Origin: Kudoa neothunni
Taxonomy: Eukaryota > Animalia > Cnidaria
NCBI GenBank assembly: GCA_964304625.1
Contig: OZ199840.1
Span: 8,973,306 to 9,037,305, forward strand
Direction: 5' to 3'
Length of the DNA stretch: 64,000 nucleotides
Shown here: one piece after another, positions 1 through 13,302 of the stretch
Layout of the letters: the number at the start of each line of letters is the position of its first letter
Position numbering within the stretch: the first letter of the stretch is position 1
Program-made: the position numbers and the translations under genes
The notes under the pieces: model-generated
Database searches by the model: none
The model's input: the letters and a program-made list of their open reading frames with translations, nothing else
Told to the model about the DNA's origin: nothing

Positions 1-670
1 AATTGTGTCACTATCAACACAACCTATTTAATTAATTTGGTGAGATAAAAGTACAACCATCCGCGTTGAATTTAATCACAGAAAGTTCAACATATTGAAC
101 GATTTCAATGAAATTATAATACATGGTTCTTGTATTATAATTAATTTATAAAGCATCAATGCATCTGATGATATCATGCATTATCAAATCACTATTAATG
201 AAATATATATATATATATATATATATATAGACTTTTCCTCATATTTTAAACCATTAATAGAACTTTTAAAATATACTTATTAAGTCAAATACGTTAAAAC
301 TCCATATTTAAGATTTAAGGAGTGTATTTGCAAAAAACTGCAAATATACACGCCAACCTTATACATAACGATAGATGACATCGCTTAAATTTTATAAAGT
401 TTATAAGGTGGAAAATTAATTTTAACCTACCTTCAGCAGGTGTTAATCTTATTGTTTAAAAGCAAGTAATCCGATTAACAAATTTTGAATCGACAAAATC
501 ACAATTTTCTATACATTTTAGGGAATATTTGGCAGTTTGATAACGATTTATAGATTTTTTGAAACATTAAGATTATTAAAAAATTTCATAAATGTTTCTC
601 TATAAGGAAAAAATTTGACGCGCGTGCGTGCTTGAGGACACACACATTTCAGCTTTATATATATAGTAGA
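1..670. repeat. Interspersed non-coding repeat, copy 1 (possibly a non-autonomous Helitron/HINE-like element); runs off the window start
   Basis: Collinear similarity to ~17890-18530 (gaatttaatcac; attaatagaactt..aaa.tat..ctat.aagt..aatacgttaaa; agcagg.gttaatc; gtaatccg.ttaa). Both copies end in ..ta.agtaga, and there is an internal (TA)n at ~203-229. The superfamily assignment is inference. Confidence 0.6.
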
Positions 671-1029
671 CAGTATATATTATAATATATAGTAGATAAA
701 AGATAGATAAAAGATAGTAAATAGTATATGAAGGAAGGAAGTTTAATTATTGATATATCGAAAAATAGTTCAAATAGGCAGAGGCTATTGGCACGACAAA
801 ATATAAATATAAATGGAATGTTCACTTGCACAATAGATATTAATAATCTCAGAAACTCTTACGTACTTACGCATACGATGTTTAAAGATTTAATTTTTTA
901 TAATCTACTATCTCTTGTTGTTTCTGACCGCTAAAAACTAGGTAGTGTGTCAGATATAATTAAATATGGTAGAATTTGAAAAATTGAATCTGTAATGGGT
1001 ATAGGAGTAAGAGAAGTTGGTTTTTAAAA

Positions 1030-1245
1030 ATGACATTTGCGCACGCGCATATAAATAATGTATTCTACAGATAGTCTCTACATTAGTTAAACTAGTGTAA
1101 AAGGTAAAAACGACATTAATTTGAAATTACTGTTGAAAATACCTGCGTCAAATTTCAAATTTAAATTCACCGACATTGAAGTACGCATGCGTAAAATCAA
1201 ATGAATTTTGTTAACTTGCACAAAACTTCCCGGCCTTTAAAATGG
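1030..1245 (+). promoter_or_regulatory. Promoter-like CpG-containing motif cluster
   Basis: NRF1-like GCGCACGCGCA (~1039) and ACGCATGCGT (~1183), CTTCCCGG (~1226) and AAAATGG (~1239) in an otherwise CpG-poor background. Confidence 0.35.
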
Positions 1246-1597
1246 TATTTCAGGAACAAAAAATCTCTAACAATATTACTAGTCTTCACGATCCCATGCG
1301 TAAGACTGTTGTTGATTTTATAGTACTTATTCTGTTTTAGTACACTCATACTTACGTGCTGCTTGATGCTGTATCTCTCTAGAATGGGCCATATTTAACT
1401 TATTAATTTAGTTGATTAGTATTGGAGCGCTTGATAGGAAGAAATTCGGAACAGTTTCCTTGGAAAACTTTACAAGGAGTTTCGAGTTGACACGGTTGGA
1501 TTGCATCCCTCCCGAGCAGTTCCACCTTCCTTGAAACCATGGGACATTGACTATCGTATCTTATATCGTCATACATGCAATGGCGATTTGGATTAAA
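1242..1597 (+). CDS. Probable small intron-containing gene of unknown product; reading frame unresolved
   Basis: ATG at 1242, two candidate 41-nt GT-AG introns (1300-1340, 1371-1411) of the size typical for this genome, and a GC-richer open stretch (EEIRNSFLGKLYKEFRVDTVGLHPSRAVPPSLKPWDIDYRILYRHTCNGDLD*). Confidence 0.3.
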
Positions 1598-2249
1598 AAC
1601 TTCTCTATTGATAAAAAATTATATTTTGTTTTTTTCTTCTAATTTTCGTATTTTTTTTGAAAAATAAATACTAATTTGTTTCACATCGACATCGACATCG
1701 ATTATTTTATTTGAATTTGTAGTCTTAATAATTTAAAAAACATAAGAAATACTTTAGACAGTTTAAAATAATGAGTTGTCCCTCCCTCTGTGTAATATTT
1801 GATTCGAAATCGGATATTTTTTAAATGATTTTTATTGGTGGAATTAATGAATTGAGTTGATTAATTTTTGAAAAATATAGCTTTGATGATGTATATTTAA
1901 AAAATAACCATTGATCAATTTATTAGGCATATAATTTACTTTAGAAGATTGTTTATTCGTTGATTGATATATGATTTATTTAATTAATGTTTTATTTATT
2001 CAAGTGATTTTCAGTTTTCCGACACATTTATGGAATTTTTTGACAAACTCGAAGATATGTTTCGTTTAAATTCATGTGAAACGTACACGGACGTTGGAGT
2101 CATCCATTTTTTAGAATTTTACTTTTTTTTTGCATAACGTGGAAACCGACTTAAATAAAGCATTATATATTGATCAGAATGACTGAATTTGTGTATCTGT
2201 GATAAAATGAGATATGAGCTATAATATACGGATGTTTGAACATTGCACT

Positions 2250-2296
2250 ATTACTCTGGACTCTGGAGGACACAAGTTCGATTCTCGCTCTCTTAG
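2250..2296 (+). pseudogene. tRNA-Gln(CTG)-like relic (anticodon arm and B-box only)
   Basis: ACTCTGGACTCTG matches the tRNA-Gln anticodon arm and is followed by B-box-like AGTTCGATTCT. No acceptor stem or D-arm. Confidence 0.3.
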
Positions 2297-4607
2297 CATG
2301 GCAATTACTTCTGATTTGCACGTCACTGTCACATAATATAAATTGTGACTAGAATTTACGCTAAATACTAAATGAAACTCATGTTGAGTGAAAATGCTAT
2401 AAATAATACACTTGTGGGTCTCAGAGGATTTGTTTAAAATACAATTATTTTTTTTTACTTCGTACAATCCACTTTCTTGACGTCAGATTCGTTGTAGTTT
2501 TAGTTAAAATTGCGTTGGCCTCACGAACAGTATGCTAATTGGGTCCAATTTCACGTATTCTACAAAAAAAACTAGGTGAGGGGTTTACATGTGACCTGAT
2601 GTAGTATCTACAACGGTCATAGATTGTTTCCGAAAAGTCCGAGCTTCTAAACTAATAAAATTCGCCAATGTATTGATTTTTCTAGCAGAAAAGTGTTTAA
2701 ATTCGATATTTAATGAAAAATATCAATTAATTTATTTTTATTAATTTAATATTAGAAATTTGTTTTTTTATTTAACTGTAAAAAAATTTTATTCCACGTA
2801 TGTGCTCAATTATAACTGATTAATTTTGAATTTTTATTTTTAATACTAAAAAGAATTAATCCTCTGAGGACAACCTTGGGCTCCACACATATCTTTATGC
2901 GATTTTGTTGTTAAACTAGTTACATTTTGTATATTTTCAACGTACCTTTTATCTATATTATTACAATAATCGATGAATTATACTTTTTGTCAAAAGTAGA
3001 TGAAATTATGGTGGACATACATAAAATATTACAAGTTTAATAACAAAATTTATTCAATAGATAATAGAAAGATGGGCTCGTATAGCCAATGTTATCTTCA
3101 AATTGTTTAAAAAATTAAGATATGAAAGATACTTGCGTTGGTTTTTGTCGAATTGTGATAGGTAATTAAAAGGAGTTTATTTTTAAATTTTCAATATCAA
3201 ATGATTTTATCTTCATTAAATGTTTACTAATAATTTTTATTTTGTATATTATAACTAAAATGATTGTATGAAAGATTATTTTATAAACTTCTAGTGTCTT
3301 AAATTAACTTTGATTTAGATAAACATAAATTTAAAAAAGAGAAGGTAAATGTTAAAGTTAATGCATTTTTGATATTTAATTTTATACAAGAATACACTGA
3401 GAATAAATATAATATAAAAATAACCAACTCAAATTATTGAGATAGGTAGAGATCTCACATCAATATTAAACTATTGCTATTCAACAAAATTATTAATGAT
3501 TCGATGTTTATATACCCATAATGCTGTAGCGTTGTCCAATCTATCAATAAATTTTCAGTTTATAGTAGTGAGACTTATTACAAAGAATAAATTTTTTGAT
3601 TTTTGAATGAATTATAATTATTTTTGCTTTATTCTGCCTATTTGGAGTTCTCAATGGTGAATTCAAGTTAGGACGAATTATAAAAGAAAAACAATATATA
3701 TATATATATATAACATAGAATCCTAGGAAAAAATTAGCTAAATATCAGAATACATATATAAATACTATAAAGCTATAAAACTGAAATGATGAATTTTGTA
3801 GTAAACAGTTAGAAATTCAATTAAGCCTTTAGTCTAACGAAAACCCCTTATATTTAAATTAGTTAAAAATATGTTGTGTCCTACATTTCGCACCTTTATT
3901 GAAAATCCCTAGGGACAAAAATCGGGTTATCATCTCGTTTGTAAACAACTTTATTTGCTTCTAAAATGAAAATTTCCCAATTTTCGTCCTTAAATATATG
4001 GATTGAATTGATTTATTCATAGAAAAATATGCTAGAAATTAATTTTTATTTCAATAACATTTGGAATTTTAGCATTATCGTCATTTAAATGCGTCAGAAC
4101 AATTAGTATGTCATATTCTATCAATTAAGTAACTATGATTTTATTGTAAGACCATTAATGATTCATTTTAATTTATTTCTAACTAATCGATTTTATTTAT
4201 ATAACAAAATGTATATAGACTGAATAGAATCAATGTAAGGTACCTATTTTTATAGGCGTTGTTTTTATTTAGATTAAATTTTAATCCTTTGTTCAACTAT
4301 TACAGGAAAACTATCAATCGGTAATGATTAATAAATGGAATCCAAGAATTAAATAATAATAACATTTAAATCTATTGGAAAACAAATTATACTGTAGGAA
4401 ACTTACGTAAGATCATATTAATATAAATAATGAAATTTACAGACTATTTAAAAAATATATTTTGTTAAATGTATTTTATGTTATAGAAAGGAAGAAATAT
4501 GGGATAATTTAGTAGAAATTCTTGTTTTGTTTTTATTGCAATAAATTTATCACCAATGGAGTAATAATTATCGCTGTATAATCAGATAATAAAATAATAA
4601 TTGCGTT

Positions 4608-5432
4608 ATGTCTATCTCCCGTGGCCAACAATATGGAGCTTTGTCGAGAGTTGAGCAATTTAACGGCAATCAAGAGGTACGCTCATGGATTGAAAAGTTT
4701 GAGCTTGCTTGTGAGATGGACGGAGTGAAAACTTCAAATGAAAAAAACCTCGATGCTCAAAGTTCTACTCACTAATGAAATTTTTAGGGCGGTAAATGAA
4801 CAAGGCTTCGGTATGAACACTGATTATGACGTGCTTAAAAATTATCTTATTGATAATTTTGCTGAGTGTGAATCAACCTACCTCGCACATAACCGATTTA
4901 TTTCTGCCTACCAAGAACCAACTGAGAATTGTCGAGTGTATGGTTTTGCGTTTACGTGCGCTTGCAAGAAAAGCATTTCCATCAGCGGGAGACACCCTCT
5001 TTGGATCAACATTTATGCAACCAGTTCATTCGTGGCTGCCGTGATCGAGATGTGAAGCGGCATCTTTTTCTTTCAAAACTCACAAAGTTTGAAGATTTGG
5101 TAAATGCGGCAGGGTTGATTGAATGTACCCTTAATGACGAAAAAGGTGGCCTTCCGTTTCCTCCATCTAGGCATCAAGATACTTTCAACAATAGATTCAT
5201 TAACCAGCATCAAAATATCCCCAACGCATCGAGTTATTTCAATAGAGATATTATGCCACAACCCCAGATAGATAATACCGATGCCCTCAACGAAATTCAA
5301 CTTATGCTACGAAATATCCAAGATAGGTTAGTAACATTAGAGGATAAAACTGACGAGCCTGAGGATCCAGTTATATCAGACAATAAAAAAAGGGCCGGGA
5401 AAGCCCAAAATCTAAACAAAAAAAATAAATAA
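4608..5432 (+). CDS. Stand-alone Ty3/gypsy-type Gag (capsid) protein, ~273 aa after removing three homopolymer insertions
   Basis: MSISRGQQYGALSRVEQFNGNQEVRSWIEKFELACEMDG...YDVLKNYLIDNF...RFISAYQEPTENCRVYGLRLRALARKAFP...LDQHLCNQFIRGCRDRDVKRHL follows retrotransposon Gag capsid/MHR patterns. Frame shifts at A7 (4741-47), T4 (4944-47) and G3/C3 (~4987-97). Confidence 0.8.
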
Positions 5433-6703
5433 TACACTTCAAACCCTCCCTCTTAACTAGGACAACTATATTCATTGTGTGATTATTGTGTTTGTTGCTA
5501 AGATGTCAATATATTGCATTTAGTTCGCGGTAAAAAAAGTGATTCATTGTATCTGCGTGAATAGTAAATATTATTGAAGCATTATCGTTTGAATTAATAC
5601 ATTCTTACATCATGAATAAAATCATACAATAACTTTGTTAATTTATTTTTGTAATCTATTAATTTCTCTATATCTCTCATTATTAAAATATAGATATAAT
5701 CAAAATCATATTAATTAAGTATTTAATTCTGCATTTTTAATTTTTTTACTAGTAACATTTAAACTATTTAAAAATCGGGTCATTCCTCAAACAATATTTC
5801 TTTAAATTAAGAAATTTACTATATAAGCTAATTAATTATTTGTTATTTGCGACTAAATAGATTAAAATTTCAATACATATTTGTTAAATCTCTTCATTTA
5901 TATGGAAAACGTTTGAAACAACTGCCATCAGAAACAGTCACAAGACTATTTTTTTATTTCTCGTTGAAATTGGCCATTCCAAATTCTCCAAATTCTTTAG
6001 AAATAATCATGTTTAATAAAAATATTGGTTTAACGATTATTTTAGAAGGTATATCAAAAAAGTTTTGAAAAAAAATCAAACCAAATTTTGGTTTTGCTAA
6101 ATTTAATAGAAACACATATTAATATTGATATGCGTTAAATTATTAATTTTCAATTATCTGATATTTCGAACTGATTAAATTTTTTCGGGTTTAAAAGGAA
6201 CAATTCTATTAATTGTTGATTCTCGAAGATATTTTTCTTATACAGTAAGTAACCAATTTCATGCACTTTTTAAAAATCTATTTAATTAGAATATTGATTC
6301 GTCCTCGTTGATATAATGTTTCTTATAATAATTCACACAAAATTTCTATAAAAATTATTTTAAAAAGTTGCTAAATAACGTAATTAAAAGTCACGTGATC
6401 GTCCAATTTCACGCATTTTTTTCTTGTTTATTATTTAATTAAGTCACTATTTAATCCCAAAAAACTCCTATAACTATACTTTTTGCCGTAAAAAACAATA
6501 TTACTTATTCTTATAAGAGTCTCCAATCTAATGGCCCAAAAACCGTCACTATATCACGTTTTAAAATATCTATTATCTCGATTCCTAATGGCATCCTAGA
6601 GATGAAAAATAAATTAACCAGAATCTTTAAATTTTTTTAAAATCTAAAAATAGAAATTATTTGCATAGAGGAAAATTTCCTTCTATTTTTTTGTTTATAA
6701 GGT

Positions 6704-6900
6704 AAAACTCCCGGCGCAACTTAGCAGCTTATTGCTTATTAGGTTGTGAAATTTTGGTTGGTTAGACCTCTTCTATCAACGCTGTAGGCATCGCAGGACG
6801 TAATATGAAACCACACCCCTTATCCTTATATCCTTATGTAGTAGTGTGGGACTTTAACTCATTAAACATCCTCGTCTAAGGGCGACCAACACCAACCCAC
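6704..6900 (-). mobile_element. Truncated copy of the SINE-like element at 63213-63684
   Basis: Shares GGCGCAACTT, TTAGGTTGTGAA, GTTAGACCT, ACGCT.TAGGCA.CGCA and GTAGTGTGGGA.TTTAAC.CATTAAACATCCTCGT with 63220-63355. Confidence 0.7.
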
Positions 6901-8321
6901 ACCCTATCCCTTTAAAGACGTTGGTTGGCTCCGTAAGGCCTGCAAATTACTTGCCTTTCGATGTGTAAGGATCATTCAATAAAAATTTTTTTAATTGTTT
7001 GAGTGTCCCCAAAATAAATTATTTATTGTATGTCATACATTTTTTATCGCGCAATAACGTGCTAAAATAAGAAAATACAGCTTAGAATAAAATCCAATAA
7101 AGGATAGGAATGAATCCGGGTGGGTTCGTCAAGCCCAAGGCCACCTAAATCGGAGCGCCATTAGTTTGCCTATTAAGGGTTAAATACAACACTATATATA
7201 CATATAAATTACGTTAATTTAAACTTAATAATAAATAATGATAATTTAAGATTTGTATATCCATTTAGTAAAAACAGTTTAATACATTGTTCTTTTTAAT
7301 TGTAATAAAGATAAATTCACCATAAAAATAAATTATTTCTCGATACCATAGAATAAATATTCTTAAAATATTTTCATAAATCTATTATGTAAAAAATCGC
7401 ATAAAATCATCTGAATTTGAGTAATTCAACATATAAAATAGTTTTGAATTCTTGAAAAAATATATAAATTAAAATATTTTGTTTAATTTTTAAACTCTAA
7501 ATTATCAAAATAAATAAATAATTATTCATTATAGCCGTTTTAAATATAAATAGATTCAAAATAGAATTTTATCAATAATTTAAAAAATTAATTATTGAAT
7601 AAAATAATGTATCGAATATCCCAGATACAAAATTAATCCCAAATTAATTGTGATAAATGCTTAGAAACAAACCTTGCTAGAATAGCTTTAAAAAAATTCT
7701 CTAGGAGTATTCAAAGTATGTATCACTAATTAACCAATAAAAAAACTGTTTTCTAATGGCCTTAAAGAATTAACAATAAAGACAGCAAAATGTGTAACAG
7801 TAGAATATTCTATATGAATGAAAACGATTATCAAACTCTCAAATCATACAAACTTACGTGATATTAAATTTTTGTCACCGTTTACAAACATTATTCTAAT
7901 ATGAATTATGAATAGAGGTTTAATCGTTTAAGGTCGGCTGTTAATTTATGAAGGGTGTAAACTTCAAAAAATAAAACCAATAAATTTATAAAATCTAAGT
8001 AAAAAAGACACCTAATTCGAGATTTCAGCATTTAACACTATAGTGCGAGTTTATTTGGACAAATAATCAAAAAGATTAAGCCACCTTCATATGAAATGAC
8101 TTTTGGTTGCTAACTCAAACTCAATATTATTCACAAAATTACACTTTTCATAAGATATAATTCAAATCGTTTTGGCAGAAGCAAGTCTCAATTTTTTTTT
8201 AAATTAACGAAAAAAGAAATCGTAATATTTCGTTAATTATCTGAATCTTTTTAGCTCTAATTCTTGGGTTCGACAATTTAATACTTGGATTTTTAAACAG
8301 CTTCGATACTTATATCCAAAA

Positions 8322-9842
8322 ATGTGGTTTAAAGGTTATTGTGCAGTGAAATGGTTTTGGACAGGTTGGAACAATTATACCGGGCAAGGATTTGAGAAAA
8401 ATTCCACTAATTTTTCGTCACTTGAGACAATACACACAACCAGCTTAGAAATTATAGTCACTGGTGCAAGTAGTGGCATAGGTAATCTCTTATGGCTGGA
8501 ACTGATCTCACACCAGCATTGTTCTCAATACAATAACAATTTAACACCGATCTATTTGCGAATAGGGTACGCAGCAGTGAATAAATTGTCGCAATTCCCG
8601 TTTCTTCGAATCCACATGATATGCAGTAACGAGAACAGGGGAAAAGAATCATTCCGTAAGCTCAAATCGAACGTACATTCATCATCGGAAATCTTTCTTC
8701 ATATTGTGGATTTAACCGATATAAAAAGTGTCAAAAGGTTCGCTCAAGATTTCGTCTCAAGGAATATTTCTATTAACGTTTTGGTATGGGGATTCGTATG
8801 TGTGCGGTTTGAATTATCACTTGTAGATAAACAACGCTGGAATATTGCCAATCAAATACGAAACAATCAAGAATTCGGATATCGAATATAGCTTCGCGCT
8901 GAATGTACTCGGAGTGAAAGTTCTCACCGAGGGTTTATTACCGGTGCTGAAGCCCTCACTTCACCTCAGTTCTGCTCGGGTAATAACCGTGACATCCGGT
9001 AAGCCGATTAAATTCTCCCGCTGGCAGCTGATCGCCGTTTGTAATGTAATTAATGTAATATAGGTGGTGCTCTAACCGAATGTCTTAACTACAATGATCC
9101 CGCATTAATTTATTCAGTAAAAGAGACAATTCGAAATTTCGATGGTGTCGCTATGTACGCAAAGCAGAAACGACAACAAATCCATCTCACCGAATATTGG
9201 GCGGAAAAATATCCCTCAGTTCATTTCATGACAATGCATCCAGGTGAAAATCACCTACAAAAATTACGAGAGTTTTCCTGGACCCAAATAATTTTAATCA
9301 CGGAATAATATATGATATATGCCTTTTAATTAATTTTGAATTAATATTTAAAAAATTTAGTTTTTAACACTAAGAATTCCCACTTTATACTAGTGTGTGT
9401 GTGTGTTAAATTATTTAAAATTCGTTGTCGACATTTTTACCTTTCACTTTAATCCATCGCAAAAGTATTTAAATACACACTGCATCGATCCAATTAAAAT
9501 TATTCGGCCCTGTAGATGCTTCCATAAATTATTATTTTCTAAAACTCATTAAAATTTATGTATATCTAAAAATTTATAGGATGGGTGGACACACCTGGAG
9601 TCCAGAAATCAATTCCCGCCTTCTATAAATACATGAAACCCCGACTGAGAACACCGGAACAAGGTGCAGACACTATTGTCTATTTGACTCTCGATCCTGA
9701 TGTTGACAAAAACAACCGAGAGGGGCTTTTGTATTTTGATCGGCTGCCGGTAGACAAGGTAGTGTCGCCTCACCAAATCCCCACCAAAGAACAAATAAAG
9801 ATTTTCATTGATAACTTAAATGAGTTGCAAGAACGATTTTAG
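8322..9842 (+). CDS. DHRS12: Short-chain dehydrogenase/reductase, DHRS12-like
   Basis: Exons 8322-8481, 8566-8783, 8827-8998, 9064-9243 and 9580-9842 splice in frame. Motifs TGASSGIG, FLHIVDL, LINNAG, RVITVTSGG, catalytic YAKQK (FDGVAMYAKQKRQQ), MHPGWVDTPGV and RLRTPEQGADT are characteristic of DHRS12. Confidence 0.92.
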
Positions 9843-10699
9843 TTGTTAAAATTTGGTACACTCTTGAGTTTTGTACATATCTAATGCAATGTTTGTTGTT
9901 TTTAGCGCATATAACAATTTATATTGAGAAAACAATTTCACTTAATCCCCTCTGGGCGAAGAAAAAAGTGCATCGAGTTTCATGCGTGCACGATTATTTC
10001 AGAAAAATTTGGCATTTAATAATGATTAAGTTGCGTTTAAAATACCAATTAACTATGTATTAATTTTTGAAAGATAATTAAACTCGAAAGGCGTGTTAAT
10101 AGCAAAAAAACTATTTTTTTAGTAACCTATGAAATACTTACCTTGTTGTTATTGGCAGAATAAGACAGTTTCATCTATATTGTAAATACCATTTTCAGAG
10201 TATATGTTGAAAAATGTTGTGATTTTATTGTACCACTCTGAAGTTATTAAATTACTTTTGCTGAAAGATTCGTTGGAGTTTTTATTATGATAATATATTT
10301 CATCATTTGTTGGTTTATTTGGTAGATTATTATTAGGACAAAATGTTAAGCTATAATTTATATTATTTTGTCGTGTTAAACCTGTTAAAGGTCGTGAATT
10401 GGAAATTCATTAAATTCTTATATTTTAGTTTATTTGTGGTAAATAACCTTATATATTCAATGCGTGATATTTTTTTAAAAATAATGTTATCCCTTACAAA
10501 TCATGTAACTATTTTATTTTTCATTTTATTCAGATATTACCGTAATTATAAATGTAACAGTTTTTTAATCTTGGTTTATTAACCATTTTCTCGTTATCAG
10601 TTTTATTAAATCATTATTTCAATATATAAATTAATTAAGTTAATTGTTAACATTTTGTTGGATTTATTACGCGAATATAAACACCGTTAAATAATTTCA

Positions 10700-11850
10700 A
10701 TAATATTTATTTATGTTTTCAAAAAGATTGTTTTATAGTTGGAACTTATTTCCATATATTGAACGGAACCATTCCTCCTGTAAATAGCCCCCAATTTCGG
10801 TGTCATTTACTCTTCTTTTAATTCGCAATATTTCAAGTTTCAACTGATCCCAGCAGGATTCTATTGTATTTGAGTGCTTACCATTAATGCAGCAGCCAAA
10901 TGGATGATTAACATCAGTATGATTGTAACCCAATTTATTCAATTTTTGATAGGCTTTCCATTCGTCACTATACATCGTAGTACCCTTGATAACTTCGTTT
11001 TGAATTTTAGGAAGTAATGTTTCCTTATTCCTTCTTTCAACCTAAAAATATCTGACCTCCTTAAATTATCTTTTTCCGTGGCTATCGACAGAGCATAAGC
11101 ATAGGCCAAAAACCCACGGGCCATCAATCCTATTAGCGTATTTTTCGCGATGCCAACAAAGGGCTAATTAATTTTTAGAGAGTAAGATTAAAAACATATA
11201 TACATATGCCCTCCTTGGATAATTCATCATCATTTGGTTGATATTCACTAGTACCGCTATTTAACTAAAAATAGTCTAGTTAACCTTTTCACATGTAATA
11301 CTCGAAACATCGGCGATATGAGAAAAGATTTCCTTATTTACAGAATACTTCCATGTATCTCCTTTAAGATATTTGCCTCTGTTATTTTTTCGTTACCCGT
11401 GAAGCAAGCTTTCGTCGATTTTAACTACAAATCCTTCTCTATTAAACAGTCTCCTATCCTTAAAAGCGCTCGAACAAATATATCGTACATTTTTAACCAG
11501 TTTATCCCCGTTATTTTGGATATATGTACCAATAAGCATGTGGATTCTATTGTATTATTCATATGCCAATTATAAATTATCTTCTTTATCTGTTTTACTG
11601 TTATTACTTATTGAAAAAGTATAAAATCGAATTATTTTATTACTTCTATATACATAAATAGTCTGGTATTTATCACTGCCAATAGAAAAATAATCCCCAC
11701 TAATAATGGTTTCTCCTCTATTGTTTCGTCTGGAAACATAAAACAAATTGTAACATCTACAATTTCTATATTTCGTTAGAATTTTATTAATGAGTTTTTT
11801 CGAACAAAGAAAATAAAATAGAAGATCGCTATTAATAATCAACACAAAAA
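10700..11850 (-). mobile_element. Degenerate Merlin/ISXO2 (IS1595-like) DDE transposase
   Basis: YSDEWKAYQKLNKLGYNHTDVNH...HSNTIESCWDQLK...YLQEEWFR is the ISXO2-type C-terminal signature. A CxxC-bearing fragment lies upstream (11570-11845). Multiple frameshifts; TIRs not found. Confidence 0.8.
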
Positions 11851-13302
11851 GCTCTCACTACACTCTAACTTTATCTCAAACAATGAAATAATAAAATATG
11901 ATAATATTTAAAATTATTAACCCTAAATAACAGTTTAAAAGTCTAAATTACGAAGTTCTATCGAATTAAATGTAAGTTAAAAAGGTGCACGAATTAATTC
12001 ACTGAGAGGAAAGTCACCGCTGTTCCAAATACACATAATGAGGATTAAGGTCAAATTTTGAGAAAATTGTAGAATTGTAAATTTCAAAAAAATTTACAGC
12101 TTCTCTTTTTTTTTAAATCTAATAATAACGATCTGTAAAAAATCGTAAAAAATGAGAACGCTATGAGGTCAAATTTTCGTAGCCGTATATTATACCATTA
12201 CCATATCGAGTCTTATAGTTTAATTCAATTTAATTCTATAGATTATAGTGAAACTTTTTCCCTTAGAAATTCCTAATGGGTTTTAATTTATTTTGTATTT
12301 TTCGAATGCCCTAAATAATTGCACGCATAATTTATTGTGTATCTTTTATTTTGATATGGTTTACTAATTTGATTATTCATAATTTAGTTATTTGAAGAAT
12401 AAAGCTGTTCATTACGACTATTAAATGGGTCCAAAATATTATTTTAAAACTACTCTGTAACGTTCTAGACGGTAAATTTTGTAGAATACAACGAAAAAGT
12501 TAAATCATATTTTTGAGTATCGAGATTCCACTTATTGTAATAATTACACAATGAATTATCGCAAGCAATCGATACATTTGTTGAAGAATGAATTAATTAA
12601 ACGGTATGACAAATTGGGATATATTGAATACTAAATGGCATTCTCTCCTAAAACCAACATAACAGGTGCTTTCTTTGAATAAGCCTAATTTATAAGAAAT
12701 TAATCCAAAAGAATGCTTATATCCACGTTGTAGAATAAATTATGAATTTTTATTTGGAAATATCTTATTTTATATTTAATTTGTAATTCTATCCAATAAA
12801 AGGAATGAACTTAAATGGAATCATTGAGTATTTTCCCTAACTAAAAAAAGTCATACATCTACTTAAATATAAATGTTAAATGCATTAATTAAACTAAAAT
12901 TAATTATTTTATGTCTGAAAATATTTACAACTATGTTGTTAAGATGATTTTTTCGGTTAGATTTGTAGGTAAGCTTTATAGGCACAAGCAAATTATTATA
13001 TCTCAGTCAATCAAAAAAAGTTATATTTATTGAGATAAAATAATGAATTTTTTAAAATTTTTAAATTATTTAACTGTAAGTATAACTAAATATATATAAT
13101 TGTAACACGCATGATATCATGGCAAAATATAAATCATAGATAAATCGATTTAATTGATGGATTATTGGTGAAAATTTAATATAATAATAACTAGAATATA
13201 AGCCGAATTTATAATCCTTTACATACATATATTTTAATCCGATGAGGTTTTTATTTTTATATTGAACGACTACCATCGGTTTTTTATATTACAGAAAATA
13301 CG

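Noticed and set aside
728-934. Short AT-rich ORFs (also 5847, 10343, 13070, 26021, 31791, 42383, 55854, 59487)
   Set aside because: F/I/L/K/N-biased chance ORFs without motifs or splice context.
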